This document shows, piece after piece, positions 56,775-64,000 of a stretch of 64,000 nucleotides of DNA. This stretch comes from a virus: positions 1 through 64,000 of the IMG/VR virus record IMGVR_UViG_3300007346_000025; one strand, given 5' to 3'. Within the stretch, counting starts at the first letter, position 1. Each line of letters starts with the position of its first letter. A program made the translations under genes and the position numbers. The notes under the pieces were generated by a model. It saw nothing but the letters and a program-made list of their open reading frames with translations, made no database searches and was not told the origin of the DNA.

Positions 56775-57800
56775 ATGGCAGTAACAAAAAACTCAAGTCA
56801 TCCACAAAAAGATACTGAAATCATTCTAGAGTATCTAGAAAAATTCCCAGAAGCACCTTCTAAAACTCTTGCTAGAAAAATCTATTCAGAAAATACATTT
56901 CTTAGGTCTCTTGAGAGTGTCTATAGTAAAGTTAGGTATTACCGTGGACAATGTGGTACAAAACATAGAAAAGATTTAAAGAATAAAAAATTCCAGAAAG
57001 AACTTAAAGTAGAATTTACTATGAAAGAAAAATTCTTACCAGAGTCTTATGCTAACAGGCGTGATACTTTTATATTTCCAACAGGGTGCAATACACTAGG
57101 AGTTATTGGAGACCTGCACATACCATATCAAGATAATGATGCTATTGAAGCAGCATTTGCAGAAATGGAAGAACAGAACATTGAATCTCTATTCATTAAT
57201 GGTGACATGTTGGACTTCTATCAGCTCTCATTTCATGAAAAAGATCCAAGAATGGTTCATTTCAAACAAGAAATAGAAGCTGGTAGACAGTTTCTTGAAT
57301 ACTGTAGATACAGATTCCCAGGAATTCCAATTTACTTTATACCAGGTAACCATGAAAATAGATTTGAAAGATACCTTAGAGTTAAGGCATCTGAACTATT
57401 AGACATGGATGAGTTCAGACTAGATGTACTTCTACATGTAGCTGAATATGGTGTACAGTATATTCCATTTAGATCTAAAGTTGTCTTTGGTGACTTCCTT
57501 ATAGAACATGGAGATAAAATCCCAGGTGCAGGTGGTGTAGTACCAGCCCGCACTGCTCTAATGAGACTAAAAACTAATTGTCTTATAAATCACTTTCACA
57601 AAACTAGTTCTAGTTCACAAAGAGTTTATGGTCCAGGAGAGTCTACAACTATCCGTGGATATAGTCTTGGATGCTTATGTGAACTAACACCAGAATATTT
57701 AGAAATAAATGAATGGAACCATGGATTTGCTATTCTAAAAAGAAATGGTAACTTAGTACAAGTTAACAATTATAAAATAGAAGGTAATCAAATAGTATAA
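56775..57800 (+). CDS. Calcineurin-like metallophosphoesterase with N-terminal HTH-like region
   Basis: GDLHIP, NGDMLD, GNHE, EHG, NHFH motifs; upstream TTTAGTATATTA (G at 56758). Confidence 0.85.
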   Translation: MAVTKNSSHPQKDTEIILEYLEKFPEAPSKTLARKIYSENTFLRSLESVYSKVRYYRGQCGTKHRKDLKNKKFQKELKVEFTMKEKFLPESYANRRDTFIFPTGCNTLGVIGDLHIPYQDNDAIEAAFAEMEEQNIESLFINGDMLDFYQLSFHEKDPRMVHFKQEIEAGRQFLEYCRYRFPGIPIYFIPGNHENRFERYLRVKASELLDMDEFRLDVLLHVAEYGVQYIPFRSKVVFGDFLIEHGDKIPGAGGVVPARTALMRLKTNCLINHFHKTSSSSQRVYGPGESTTIRGYSLGCLCELTPEYLEINEWNHGFAILKRNGNLVQVNNYKIEGNQIV

Positions 57801-58111
57801 TGTTTCTACCAATTGAATTTCAAGACTCTGATGGTCCATACTTTGAACACTTAAATGTTGTTCATATAACAAGAATTTCCTTCATTAATCCTAGAAACCC
57901 TGATGCTGGTGCAAGAATACACCTAAGAACAGGTGAAGTCTTATCTACTAAAATGCCTTTTGATCAGCTATCCCAAGCTATTGATGAAGCTTGGGAATCT
58001 GCATCTGCTCTTGTACTAAGTACTCTTCTATCTGAAAAAGCACAACTTATACCCTCTGGTAGCCTACAGTCTGGAGAAAAGAAAGTAATTCTTGGGGACT
58101 CTGAAGTCTAA
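57800..58111 (+). CDS. Hypothetical protein (103 aa)
   Basis: TAATG-coupled to the phosphoesterase gene. Confidence 0.6.
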   Translation: MFLPIEFQDSDGPYFEHLNVVHITRISFINPRNPDAGARIHLRTGEVLSTKMPFDQLSQAIDEAWESASALVLSTLLSEKAQLIPSGSLQSGEKKVILGDSEV

Positions 58112-58301
58112 AATTATCAGGCCAATCTAAGTTCATAACATACCAATTACCATCTTGTACTCTATCACTGTCTACTGAACAAAGGGTTAAATTTTCAAAT
58201 ATTTCTAATGTGTAATAGAAATAATCATATCCATTTTGACTCTCTAAGTCATTGACTTCCACTTTGTTAAAGCCAAGATTTGTTAAATCACTTTCTGTCA
58301 T
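58047..58301 (-). CDS. Hypothetical protein (84 aa)
   Basis: MTESDLTNLGF start; 3' end overlaps the convergent + strand ORF. Confidence 0.6.
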   Translation of the reverse strand: MTESDLTNLGFNKVEVNDLESQNGYDYFYYTLEIFENLTLCSVDSDRVQDGNWYVMNLDWPDNFRLQSPQELLSFLQTVGYQRV

Positions 58302-58455
58302 ATGTTAATTGTTTAGCAATCTTCTTAGCTAAGTAAGGAGTGCATTTATATTTGTACATCACATAACCTGCAATAATCCTAGGATTGTTTACTTTAATGT
58401 CTGTATACTCTAATCTCATTGCTTTCACTATGTGATCTACTATTACATTTGCCAT
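58288..58455 (-). CDS. 55-aa basic hypothetical protein (not in ORF track)
   Basis: Manual translation MANVIVDHIVKAMRLEY...KKIAKQLTYDRK*; TAATG-coupled to the upstream ORF. Confidence 0.55.
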   Translation of the reverse strand: MANVIVDHIVKAMRLEYTDIKVNNPRIIAGYVMYKYKCTPYLAKKIAKQLTYDRK

Positions 58456-58868
58456 TATTTAGCTGCCATTGTTTGCATGAATATTTCATGGTTGAGTATC
58501 TCATGTGCATAGTTCTTAGCAACTTTCCAGTATGCTTGGTTTACTTTGCTATACTCACCATGCTCTTCTAATCTGAGTTTTCTAAAGTTCTTGATGGATA
58601 ATGTAACCATATGAAGATTATCTTGGTCTTCAGACTCAAGCATATGTATCATATTTTTTATCTCAACATCATTTATATAACCCATGTGTTTTAGCAACTG
58701 CAGTTCTGCCATATATACAAATGGTCGGAACATACCTGCTTTACTACCTTTATGGTACATATACCATAGATAATGTAGATTCTGATCTACACCATCTGTA
58801 ATGTTATAATGCTCTTCTGCAATCTGTGCAGAGAGTGATTCCATTTCTCTTCTAATATCTTTTTCCAT
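58455..58868 (-). CDS. Hypothetical protein (137 aa) with SxDxDN helix
   Basis: Start placed at MEKDIRR (58868), just after the splB-like stop; contains MLESEDQDNLHMV. Confidence 0.65.
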   Translation of the reverse strand: MEKDIRREMESLSAQIAEEHYNITDGVDQNLHYLWYMYHKGSKAGMFRPFVYMAELQLLKHMGYINDVEIKNMIHMLESEDQDNLHMVTLSIKNFRKLRLEEHGEYSKVNQAYWKVAKNYAHEILNHEIFMQTMAAK

Positions 58869-58869
58869 C

Positions 58870-59739
58870 TTAAAACATGTACCTAATTGTATTCCACGGA
58901 AGTATTCCAGTGTGAATCTGTCTAAACTGATCAATGTATTGAGCTTTTCTTTTGTGCTCATACCTAACATTACTCCCTCCATATTGGGAAATCTTAGCTT
59001 CTTGAATCTCAGGAGTCCAAAGAAATTCTTCACCAGGGATTTTATGTTCCACATTGTACTTGTGTTTTGCTTCATTATGTGTTAAAAAAATTACCTCAGC
59101 TTTAACTCTATCATCAGCCCAACCATTTAATTTTGCTACTCTGTCTATAAGATTAAATAAAGACATGTAGCTCTGTAGCCAATTATCATGTACAATGACA
59201 GGACTAAAGTTCAAATGAACTTCATATCCTGCATTTAGAAAAAGCTTCACAGCAAAAAGTCTGTCATATATATCTGCAGTATTAGGTTCTAGTATTCTTT
59301 GTAACTCTACAGGCATTATACTAAATCTAATTCTGATTTTACCTTCAGGATTAAAATCTAGTAGATCCTTATTAACACACTTAGTAGCAAATGAACCCAT
59401 AGCAAGTGGATGATCTCTAAAGAACTTAAAGATAGTCTTCCAATCATGATACTTAGCATGCAGAGCAAAGTCTTCATTACAAGAGATATCATATGTAATA
59501 TACTCTCCTGTCTGATTTGGTTTGTCTACAGTAGCAAAGAATGCATGTGAATTTATTTCTGTCAGGATATCCGTGGTATTTGTTGCCACAGTTAGTCCTT
59601 CCGGTTTATTCCTCTTCATATAACAGTAACTACAGTTATACAAACAGCCATGACCAAAAGACGGAGCAATAAAGTCTGTGCTCCGTCCTGAGGGTCTAAT
59701 AATCATACTCTTTCTTACAACCTCTTCTACAACACTCAT
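58870..59739 (-). CDS. splB: Spore photoproduct lyase-like radical SAM enzyme
   Basis: GCLYNCSYCYM (CxxxCxxC); DISCNED aligns with the SplB catalytic Cys region; ATK, RIRFSI, FSPVI. Confidence 0.8.
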   Translation of the reverse strand: MSVVEEVVRKSMIIRPSGRSTDFIAPSFGHGCLYNCSYCYMKRNKPEGLTVATNTTDILTEINSHAFFATVDKPNQTGEYITYDISCNEDFALHAKYHDWKTIFKFFRDHPLAMGSFATKCVNKDLLDFNPEGKIRIRFSIMPVELQRILEPNTADIYDRLFAVKLFLNAGYEVHLNFSPVIVHDNWLQSYMSLFNLIDRVAKLNGWADDRVKAEVIFLTHNEAKHKYNVEHKIPGEEFLWTPEIQEAKISQYGGSNVRYEHKRKAQYIDQFRQIHTGILPWNTIRYMF

Positions 59740-59785
59740 AATCTCTTAATCCGTTGCACTTTTCCTAACACTTCTGTAGAAAAGG

Positions 59786-59965
59786 TTATTTTAGAAAGTT
59801 AATATATGCTTGTGCAGATCTTTTTGTAATGTGCACAGAATCACTTCCTGATTTATTCTTTGCAGTTTTCCAGAAGAAACATAATACTCTCTTCTTCACA
59901 ACATACCTGGTCTCATAACCATATTGCTCTTCTACAATTTTGTAGTTCTTTTTATTTACACTCAT
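59786..59965 (-). CDS. 59-aa hypothetical protein (not in ORF track)
   Basis: Manual translation MSVNKKNYKIVEEQYGYETRYVVKKRVLCFFW...SAQAYINFLK*. Confidence 0.55.
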   Translation of the reverse strand: MSVNKKNYKIVEEQYGYETRYVVKKRVLCFFWKTAKNKSGSDSVHITKRSAQAYINFLK

Positions 59966-59968
59966 AAC

Positions 59969-60058
59969 TTAAAATATATAATTAAACAATATATAACCAA
60001 AGCCAATTCCGGCTGAAAAGTAAACAAGATTGTTTACCCATTTAGGATAATTTTCCAT
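59969..60058 (-). CDS. 29-aa single-pass membrane peptide
   Basis: MENYPKWVNNLVYFSAGIGFGYILFNYIF*; TGATG-coupled to the upstream ORF. Confidence 0.5.
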   Translation of the reverse strand: MENYPKWVNNLVYFSAGIGFGYILFNYIF

Positions 60059-60162
60059 CATAGATCAAATATAAAGTGTATAATCAGACCCAATGATACT
60101 ACAGTAATTAATATCATTGTGCCTATAGCTGCTAGGTATTCTTTGTCTTTTCTGTCTTTCAT
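60058..60162 (-). CDS. 34-aa single-pass membrane peptide
   Basis: MKDRKDKEYLAAIGTMILITVVSLGLIIHFIFDL*. Confidence 0.5.
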   Translation of the reverse strand: MKDRKDKEYLAAIGTMILITVVSLGLIIHFIFDL

Positions 60163-60189
60163 TTTATTCTGATTTATCATTTCTATTAA

Positions 60190-60597
60190 CTATATGTGGT
60201 AATTTTTACCCCTTTTCCTTTTTAGTTCGTGTTTTACTATTTCAAAAACTTTATAGGATTCCTCTTCTGCCCATGTAATTATATCTTCTTCATCATCATG
60301 CATGTCAAAAGATTGATGCATTAACTCATGCATTATAAGACCAAAGGTTTCTATATCTGTTGTACATCTTGTAAGATTAATGTACACAAATTTAGGGTCA
60401 CCTTTTTCATAAATACCATCTTCTTGTGGTGCATAATTACACCACCCTGCTATATAAGCACTATCTGGAGTATTATGGTATGCATTACATTCTACAAGAG
60501 ATAGTCCATGCATTTCATCTACATTATAATAAGTAAATACATCACAAGGATTATAACTTAATAAAAGTATATAAGCTCCCCTAATTATTGTTATCAT
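60190..60597 (-). CDS. Small zincin-like metallopeptidase
   Basis: FVYINL...IMHELMH...EEDIITWAEE. Start placed at MITIIR (60597). Confidence 0.6.
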   Translation of the reverse strand: MITIIRGAYILLLSYNPCDVFTYYNVDEMHGLSLVECNAYHNTPDSAYIAGWCNYAPQEDGIYEKGDPKFVYINLTRCTTDIETFGLIMHELMHQSFDMHDDEEDIITWAEEESYKVFEIVKHELKRKRGKNYHI

Positions 60598-60781
60598 TCT
60601 TTGAGTCTTTGTAATCAATAATAAAACCAATTGCCACAATTATATTCATACCAAAGGACATTATAATCTCATGTATATCTTCATAAACTGTTGTCATTAG
60701 ATGTACATGACCTACCATCCAAAAAGGTATGGACAAGTTTTGGCTTATCCATACCACTGTGTATTTAATAAAATGTTTCAT
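60581..60781 (-). CDS. 66-aa membrane protein
   Basis: Two hydrophobic stretches. Confidence 0.55.
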   Translation of the reverse strand: MKHFIKYTVVWISQNLSIPFWMVGHVHLMTTVYEDIHEIIMSFGMNIIVAIGFIIDYKDSKNDNNN

Positions 60782-60796
60782 TAGTCACCTTCTTCA

Positions 60797-61063
60797 TTAT
60801 TCACCCTTAAGAATGATTTTAGTTTCTGCTCTTTTAAATTGGTTGTCCCAATATTCTTTAGTTTGAGCAGCCTTTGTAATCTCTCTTGGGTTCTCTTGTT
60901 TAATCTTGAAAACTCTAATTTTCTCTTGTTCTCTCTCATACTCTTGCCAGTTATAGATTCTTAACTCTTTCATTCTTGCTACATCTGCAATAGTAAGTTC
61001 TTCTGGAATCTTGCCATCATTGGCTTCCATGATTTCCATATAATACTCTTTCATTCTTCCCAT
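60797..61063 (-). CDS. Hypothetical protein (88 aa)
   Basis: MGRMKE start; overlaps the upstream gene stop. Confidence 0.6.
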   Translation of the reverse strand: MGRMKEYYMEIMEANDGKIPEELTIADVARMKELRIYNWQEYEREQEKIRVFKIKQENPREITKAAQTKEYWDNQFKRAETKIILKGE

Positions 61064-61506
61064 AACTTCATAGATTTTTTAAGTAAAGTTTTAATTGTTG
61101 TAGATATCTTATCATCTCCCATAACATCACCATATGCTTTTATTTTTTTATATGTCTTGATGTCAAGGGATAAAACTACTGTAGTTCCTCTTCTTAATTT
61201 GTTTGCTGAAGAAGGAAAGTCATAGGGAAACCTTTGAATAAACTCACAAGCATTTGCTGTAAAAGTAATATCATTATAACTTAATAAGTTATAAGCATGT
61301 GCTTTACTTGCACGTACAGTAGAATCATCTATATTAAATAGATCTGCTATGTACTGTGATCTCTTACCATACTTATAATGTAATAGTCCAATTAAATAGT
61401 TTCTCTTATCAAGATACCCTCTCTCACGTTTCTTCTTAGATGTTCTATTTTGAGCAGCTAAGATCCGACATTCTTCAAGAATATCTTCTAATTTATAATC
61501 TTCCAT
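61051..61506 (-). CDS. Putative DNA-binding regulator (DnaA domain IV/TrpR-like HTH plus RHH-like C-terminus)
   Basis: RNYLIGLLH...IADLFNIDDSTV; C-terminal TVVLSLDIKTYKKIKAYG...ISTTIKTLL. Confidence 0.55.
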   Translation of the reverse strand: MEDYKLEDILEECRILAAQNRTSKKKRERGYLDKRNYLIGLLHYKYGKRSQYIADLFNIDDSTVRASKAHAYNLLSYNDITFTANACEFIQRFPYDFPSSANKLRRGTTVVLSLDIKTYKKIKAYGDVMGDDKISTTIKTLLKKSMKLWEE

Positions 61507-61511
61507 AATTT

Positions 61512-61787
61512 TTAAATTAAATCTAGATCAGCTTCTAATACTTCTGGTTCTTCTTCTTGTAGTTCATAAACTCTTAGGTCTAATGGAATGAACCTATCTG
61601 CATCATAGTACTCATAGGGAAAACAATCAGCAGACATTTGTACTTCTTTAAGAAGTACTCCATGTTTACCATTCTGTAATCCCATTTGTACTATTTTAAT
61701 AATAGTATATACTTCACCTTCTTTTATCCACTGTTCTACAGGGACTTTAGCAGGTTTATTAGTACTATCAATGCATATCACCCTCAT
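61512..61787 (-). CDS. Hypothetical protein (91 aa, SH3-like beta pattern)
   Basis: MRVICID...IKEGEVYTI...YDADRF. Confidence 0.6.
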   Translation of the reverse strand: MRVICIDSTNKPAKVPVEQWIKEGEVYTIIKIVQMGLQNGKHGVLLKEVQMSADCFPYEYYDADRFIPLDLRVYELQEEEPEVLEADLDLI

Positions 61788-62022
61788 AAGGTTCCATTTT
61801 AACTTTTAAATCTACTTTCTCAAGGAATTCTCTCATAGTTTCAATTTGTGCCCAACAACCATATTTTATTGTACACTGACCAGCTAGATCAGCTACAAGT
61901 GCACACTGTTCTGCTTGTATTGGTTCATGACCACAGAATTTAATGAGACAAGCTATAACATAATCTATACTATGTTCATCATCATTAAATAGTATTAACT
62001 TATGATCTTCAGGTAGTTCCAT
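61768..62022 (-). CDS. clpS: ClpS-like N-degron adaptor
   Basis: LILFNDDEHSIDYVI...HEPIQAEQCA...GQCTIKYG, Bacteroidota-type ClpS pattern. Confidence 0.82.
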   Translation of the reverse strand: MELPEDHKLILFNDDEHSIDYVIACLIKFCGHEPIQAEQCALVADLAGQCTIKYGCWAQIETMREFLEKVDLKVKMEPYEGDMH

Positions 62023-62032
62023 AACTGCTAAT

Positions 62033-63124
62033 TTACAATTTTACTCCGTAATCTTTCCAAATAATCTTACTCTCATCAAAAGACTCTAGTGCTTCTTTAA
62101 CCCATCTTTCATCTACAGTACCCTTATAACATAGTATATGTACAATAGCTTTTTCATCAGGATTAAGTCTCAAAAGTCTTCCAATTCTCTGACTTGCTTT
62201 TCTTTCATTACCATAAGCATGCATAATAATACCTTGTCTTAATTGAGGAATATTAACACCTTCATTTAACTGTAGTACACATGATAGCTTATTAATTCTA
62301 CCTTCTTTAAATGCAATAAGATTATCTTCAGAATTACTATTACCACTATGATAACTAAATCTGCAAAGTCTGTCAGCCTGTTCTTGAGTATTAGCAAACA
62401 CAATACACTTAGTATTAATGCTTTCCATTAATTTTTTAGTGTATTTTTCTTTACTTGGATACTCCATCATGGCCTTCATTCTCATTACTCTTAGCATCTG
62501 AATGGGACCTTGACCCATATCTATTCTACCACCCCAGTACTGATAATTCAATTTTTCTGAAGTAACAAAAGATTTAGTCTTCATATCTACTTGATAGTTC
62601 TTTGCTTCATCTAACTTAAGCTCATGTACAATAATTTGGTAATCATTAATGATTCCATTATCAATTGCATCATCAGCTTTAAAGGTATAGACTACAGGAC
62701 AGAACTGTGCTACCATTATTCCCTTCTCAGAGCTTTTATGTTTAGGTGGTGTACCTGTTAAACCCAGGATCCCACCTTTGTACAGATCAAGAAAAACTCT
62801 ATGAGAGTCAAGAAGTGAATGGCACTCATCAAGATAGATATAGTCATACTCATTTGGATCACGTTTAGGTAGACCAATATAGGTAGAAAAAGTAATTCTT
62901 TTTAGCAAATCTTCTTTACCAAATTTTACAGCATCATCAGACCAGGACTGAAAAATAGATTTCTTAGGAGCTACTACTAATACGTTGTGTAGCTCATTAG
63001 TATTATTTTCAATATGTAATAGCCCAACAAGAGTCTTACCAACTCCTGTTCCTAATACTACTGAACACCTTCTTCTTCCTTCAGTTGCCTTTAATGCTTC
63101 TTCTTGAATCTCTTCTCTTGTCAT
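62033..63124 (-). CDS. Superfamily 2 helicase (UvsW/XPB-like)
   Basis: Q motif, GTGVGKT, DECH, GLTGT, LNEGVNIP, QRIGRLLR. Confidence 0.9.
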   Translation of the reverse strand: MTREEIQEEALKATEGRRRCSVVLGTGVGKTLVGLLHIENNTNELHNVLVVAPKKSIFQSWSDDAVKFGKEDLLKRITFSTYIGLPKRDPNEYDYIYLDECHSLLDSHRVFLDLYKGGILGLTGTPPKHKSSEKGIMVAQFCPVVYTFKADDAIDNGIINDYQIIVHELKLDEAKNYQVDMKTKSFVTSEKLNYQYWGGRIDMGQGPIQMLRVMRMKAMMEYPSKEKYTKKLMESINTKCIVFANTQEQADRLCRFSYHSGNSNSEDNLIAFKEGRINKLSCVLQLNEGVNIPQLRQGIIMHAYGNERKASQRIGRLLRLNPDEKAIVHILCYKGTVDERWVKEALESFDESKIIWKDYGVKL

Positions 63125-63342
63125 TTTTCAAGTGCTTTTTGTTCTGCTCTCATTTTAAGTTTAACATCAGTTGCAATATGATCTTTAACTATAAATGATT
63201 TTTCATTTAATTTAACTAACCAACTATTTGGTAACCAAATTTGTATTCTAGGTATAATCTCAAATAGAGTTGCTTTATCTGTTTTCTTTACAATTCTTTT
63301 AAAAGAAAACTTACTATACCCTTGTTCATAATAACGTCTCAT
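63121..63342 (-). CDS. Hypothetical protein (73 aa)
   Basis: TDKATLF...IWLPNSW pattern; ATGA overlap with the helicase gene. Confidence 0.6.
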   Translation of the reverse strand: MRRYYEQGYSKFSFKRIVKKTDKATLFEIIPRIQIWLPNSWLVKLNEKSFIVKDHIATDVKLKMRAEQKALEK

Positions 63343-63347
63343 TATAA

Positions 63348-63758
63348 CTATTTTAAATAACCAAGTATTCTAGCCTCTTCAGGATGTTCATGAACCCAAT
63401 TGTGACAAACTCTACAAGTAGCTTTCCAGGTAGATTGAACTAAATAGAAAGCATCTCTGTTGGAACCGGCATATGTATGGTGTACATCAGTAGCACCATT
63501 CATACAACCGGCAACAGAGATCTGACATATTGGATTCTCAGTAAGAAACCTTTCTCTTAACTTAAGATACTCAGCATCCTTCTTCTTTCTTTTAGAAGAA
63601 ACCTGAGGGACTACAGAACGTTTGGTTGGTTTCTGTGAAATCTCTTTACTATTGTGGCAACTCCAGCAAAGTTTACAGTATCTGAATCCCTCATGGTTCT
63701 TCCATATTTGTGATAGTTTGCCACAACCATCACATTCTTTTAGTTTAACCTTTATCAT
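63348..63758 (-). CDS. HNH-type nuclease with N-terminal Zn finger
   Basis: CDGC...CKLC; CQISVAGC...ATDVHH...CRVCHNWVH. Confidence 0.75.
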   Translation of the reverse strand: MIKVKLKECDGCGKLSQIWKNHEGFRYCKLCWSCHNSKEISQKPTKRSVVPQVSSKRKKKDAEYLKLRERFLTENPICQISVAGCMNGATDVHHTYAGSNRDAFYLVQSTWKATCRVCHNWVHEHPEEARILGYLK

Positions 63759-63999
63759 TTTTAAGTCTTGGTAGTGCTAATGGAGCATCTTTTAAATCCA
63801 AAAAGTTTTTTGGTAAGATTCCTTCAGCAATAAAGATAGTAATAATATCTTTCTTTTCAATACCTAAATCTTTAAAAGTTAAAGTGTTCTTGAACTTCTC
63901 ATCTGTCTCATTATCAGCCAATAAGAACTGTGTAATTGGACTTTTTGGAAACAATTTCTCAAAGATTAAGTTAGAATATTTAATGGTTACTTGCTGTTT
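63745..63999 (-). CDS. Hypothetical protein, 5'-truncated
   Basis: Frame is open to the window edge (KQQVTIKYSNLIFEKLFPK...). Confidence 0.6.
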   Translation of the reverse strand, partial: KQQVTIKYSNLIFEKLFPKSPITQFLLADNETDEKFKNTLTFKDLGIEKKDIITIFIAEGILPKNFLDLKDAPLALPRLKNDKG

Positions 64000-64000
64000 A

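Noticed and set aside
40295-57553. Short nested ORFs within - strand genes (e.g. 48152..48439, 54281..54616, 57332..57553)
   Set aside because: They overlap well-supported genes and have no motifs.
58869-59075. N-terminal extension of the 58455..59075 ORF
   Set aside because: It overlaps the splB-like gene by about 200 nt; the ATG at 58868 directly after the splB stop is more plausible.
1-64000. Stop-codon reassignment (TAG or TGA), as in some gut crAss-like phages
   Set aside because: Very long ORFs are intact in the standard code, and TAG/TGA end genes at sensible positions (e.g. 21487, 39924, 15455).
1-64000. CRISPR array, tRNA or rRNA genes, IS elements, DGR
   Set aside because: No regularly spaced repeats, cloverleaf, transposase or reverse transcriptase motifs were seen; intergenic gaps are very short.

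Overview
This AT-rich, gene-dense window is part of a crAss-like phage (Crassvirales-like podovirus, probably infecting Bacteroidota) in the standard genetic code. It has two convergent blocks. The + strand block (1-38485) holds the 3' end of a tail stabilization gene, three low-complexity or multidomain virion cargo proteins, and four very large ejected proteins. One of these is a 3696-aa virion RNA polymerase (DFDVD motif) with a zincin and a C-terminal NADAR domain. After a bidirectional terminator near 38.5 kb, the - strand block encodes replication, recombination and accessory functions: PolB, primase, DnaB, SSB-like, Sak4-like ATPase, PD-(D/E)xK nuclease, UNG, MoxR-vWA module, SplB-like radical SAM, ClpS, SF2 helicase, HNH, thioesterase, 2OG-Fe(II) oxygenase and MazG-like enzyme. 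Most notable observations: (1) the giant ejected proteins appear Cys-free except for single Cys at facing termini, suggesting a head-to-tail linked chain; (2) a recurrent xxxGG motif separates domains in the cargo proteins, suggesting polyprotein processing; (3) a SET-HAD-lysozyme-zincin polyvalent protein; (4) a TAAACTT-N3-AAGTTTA palindrome at fixed spacing from a shared GTAT(A/T)TT promoter-like motif; (5) a shared SxDxDN helix in three proteins, two of which flank the MoxR-vWA pair. All calls come from motif reading by eye; no searches were run.
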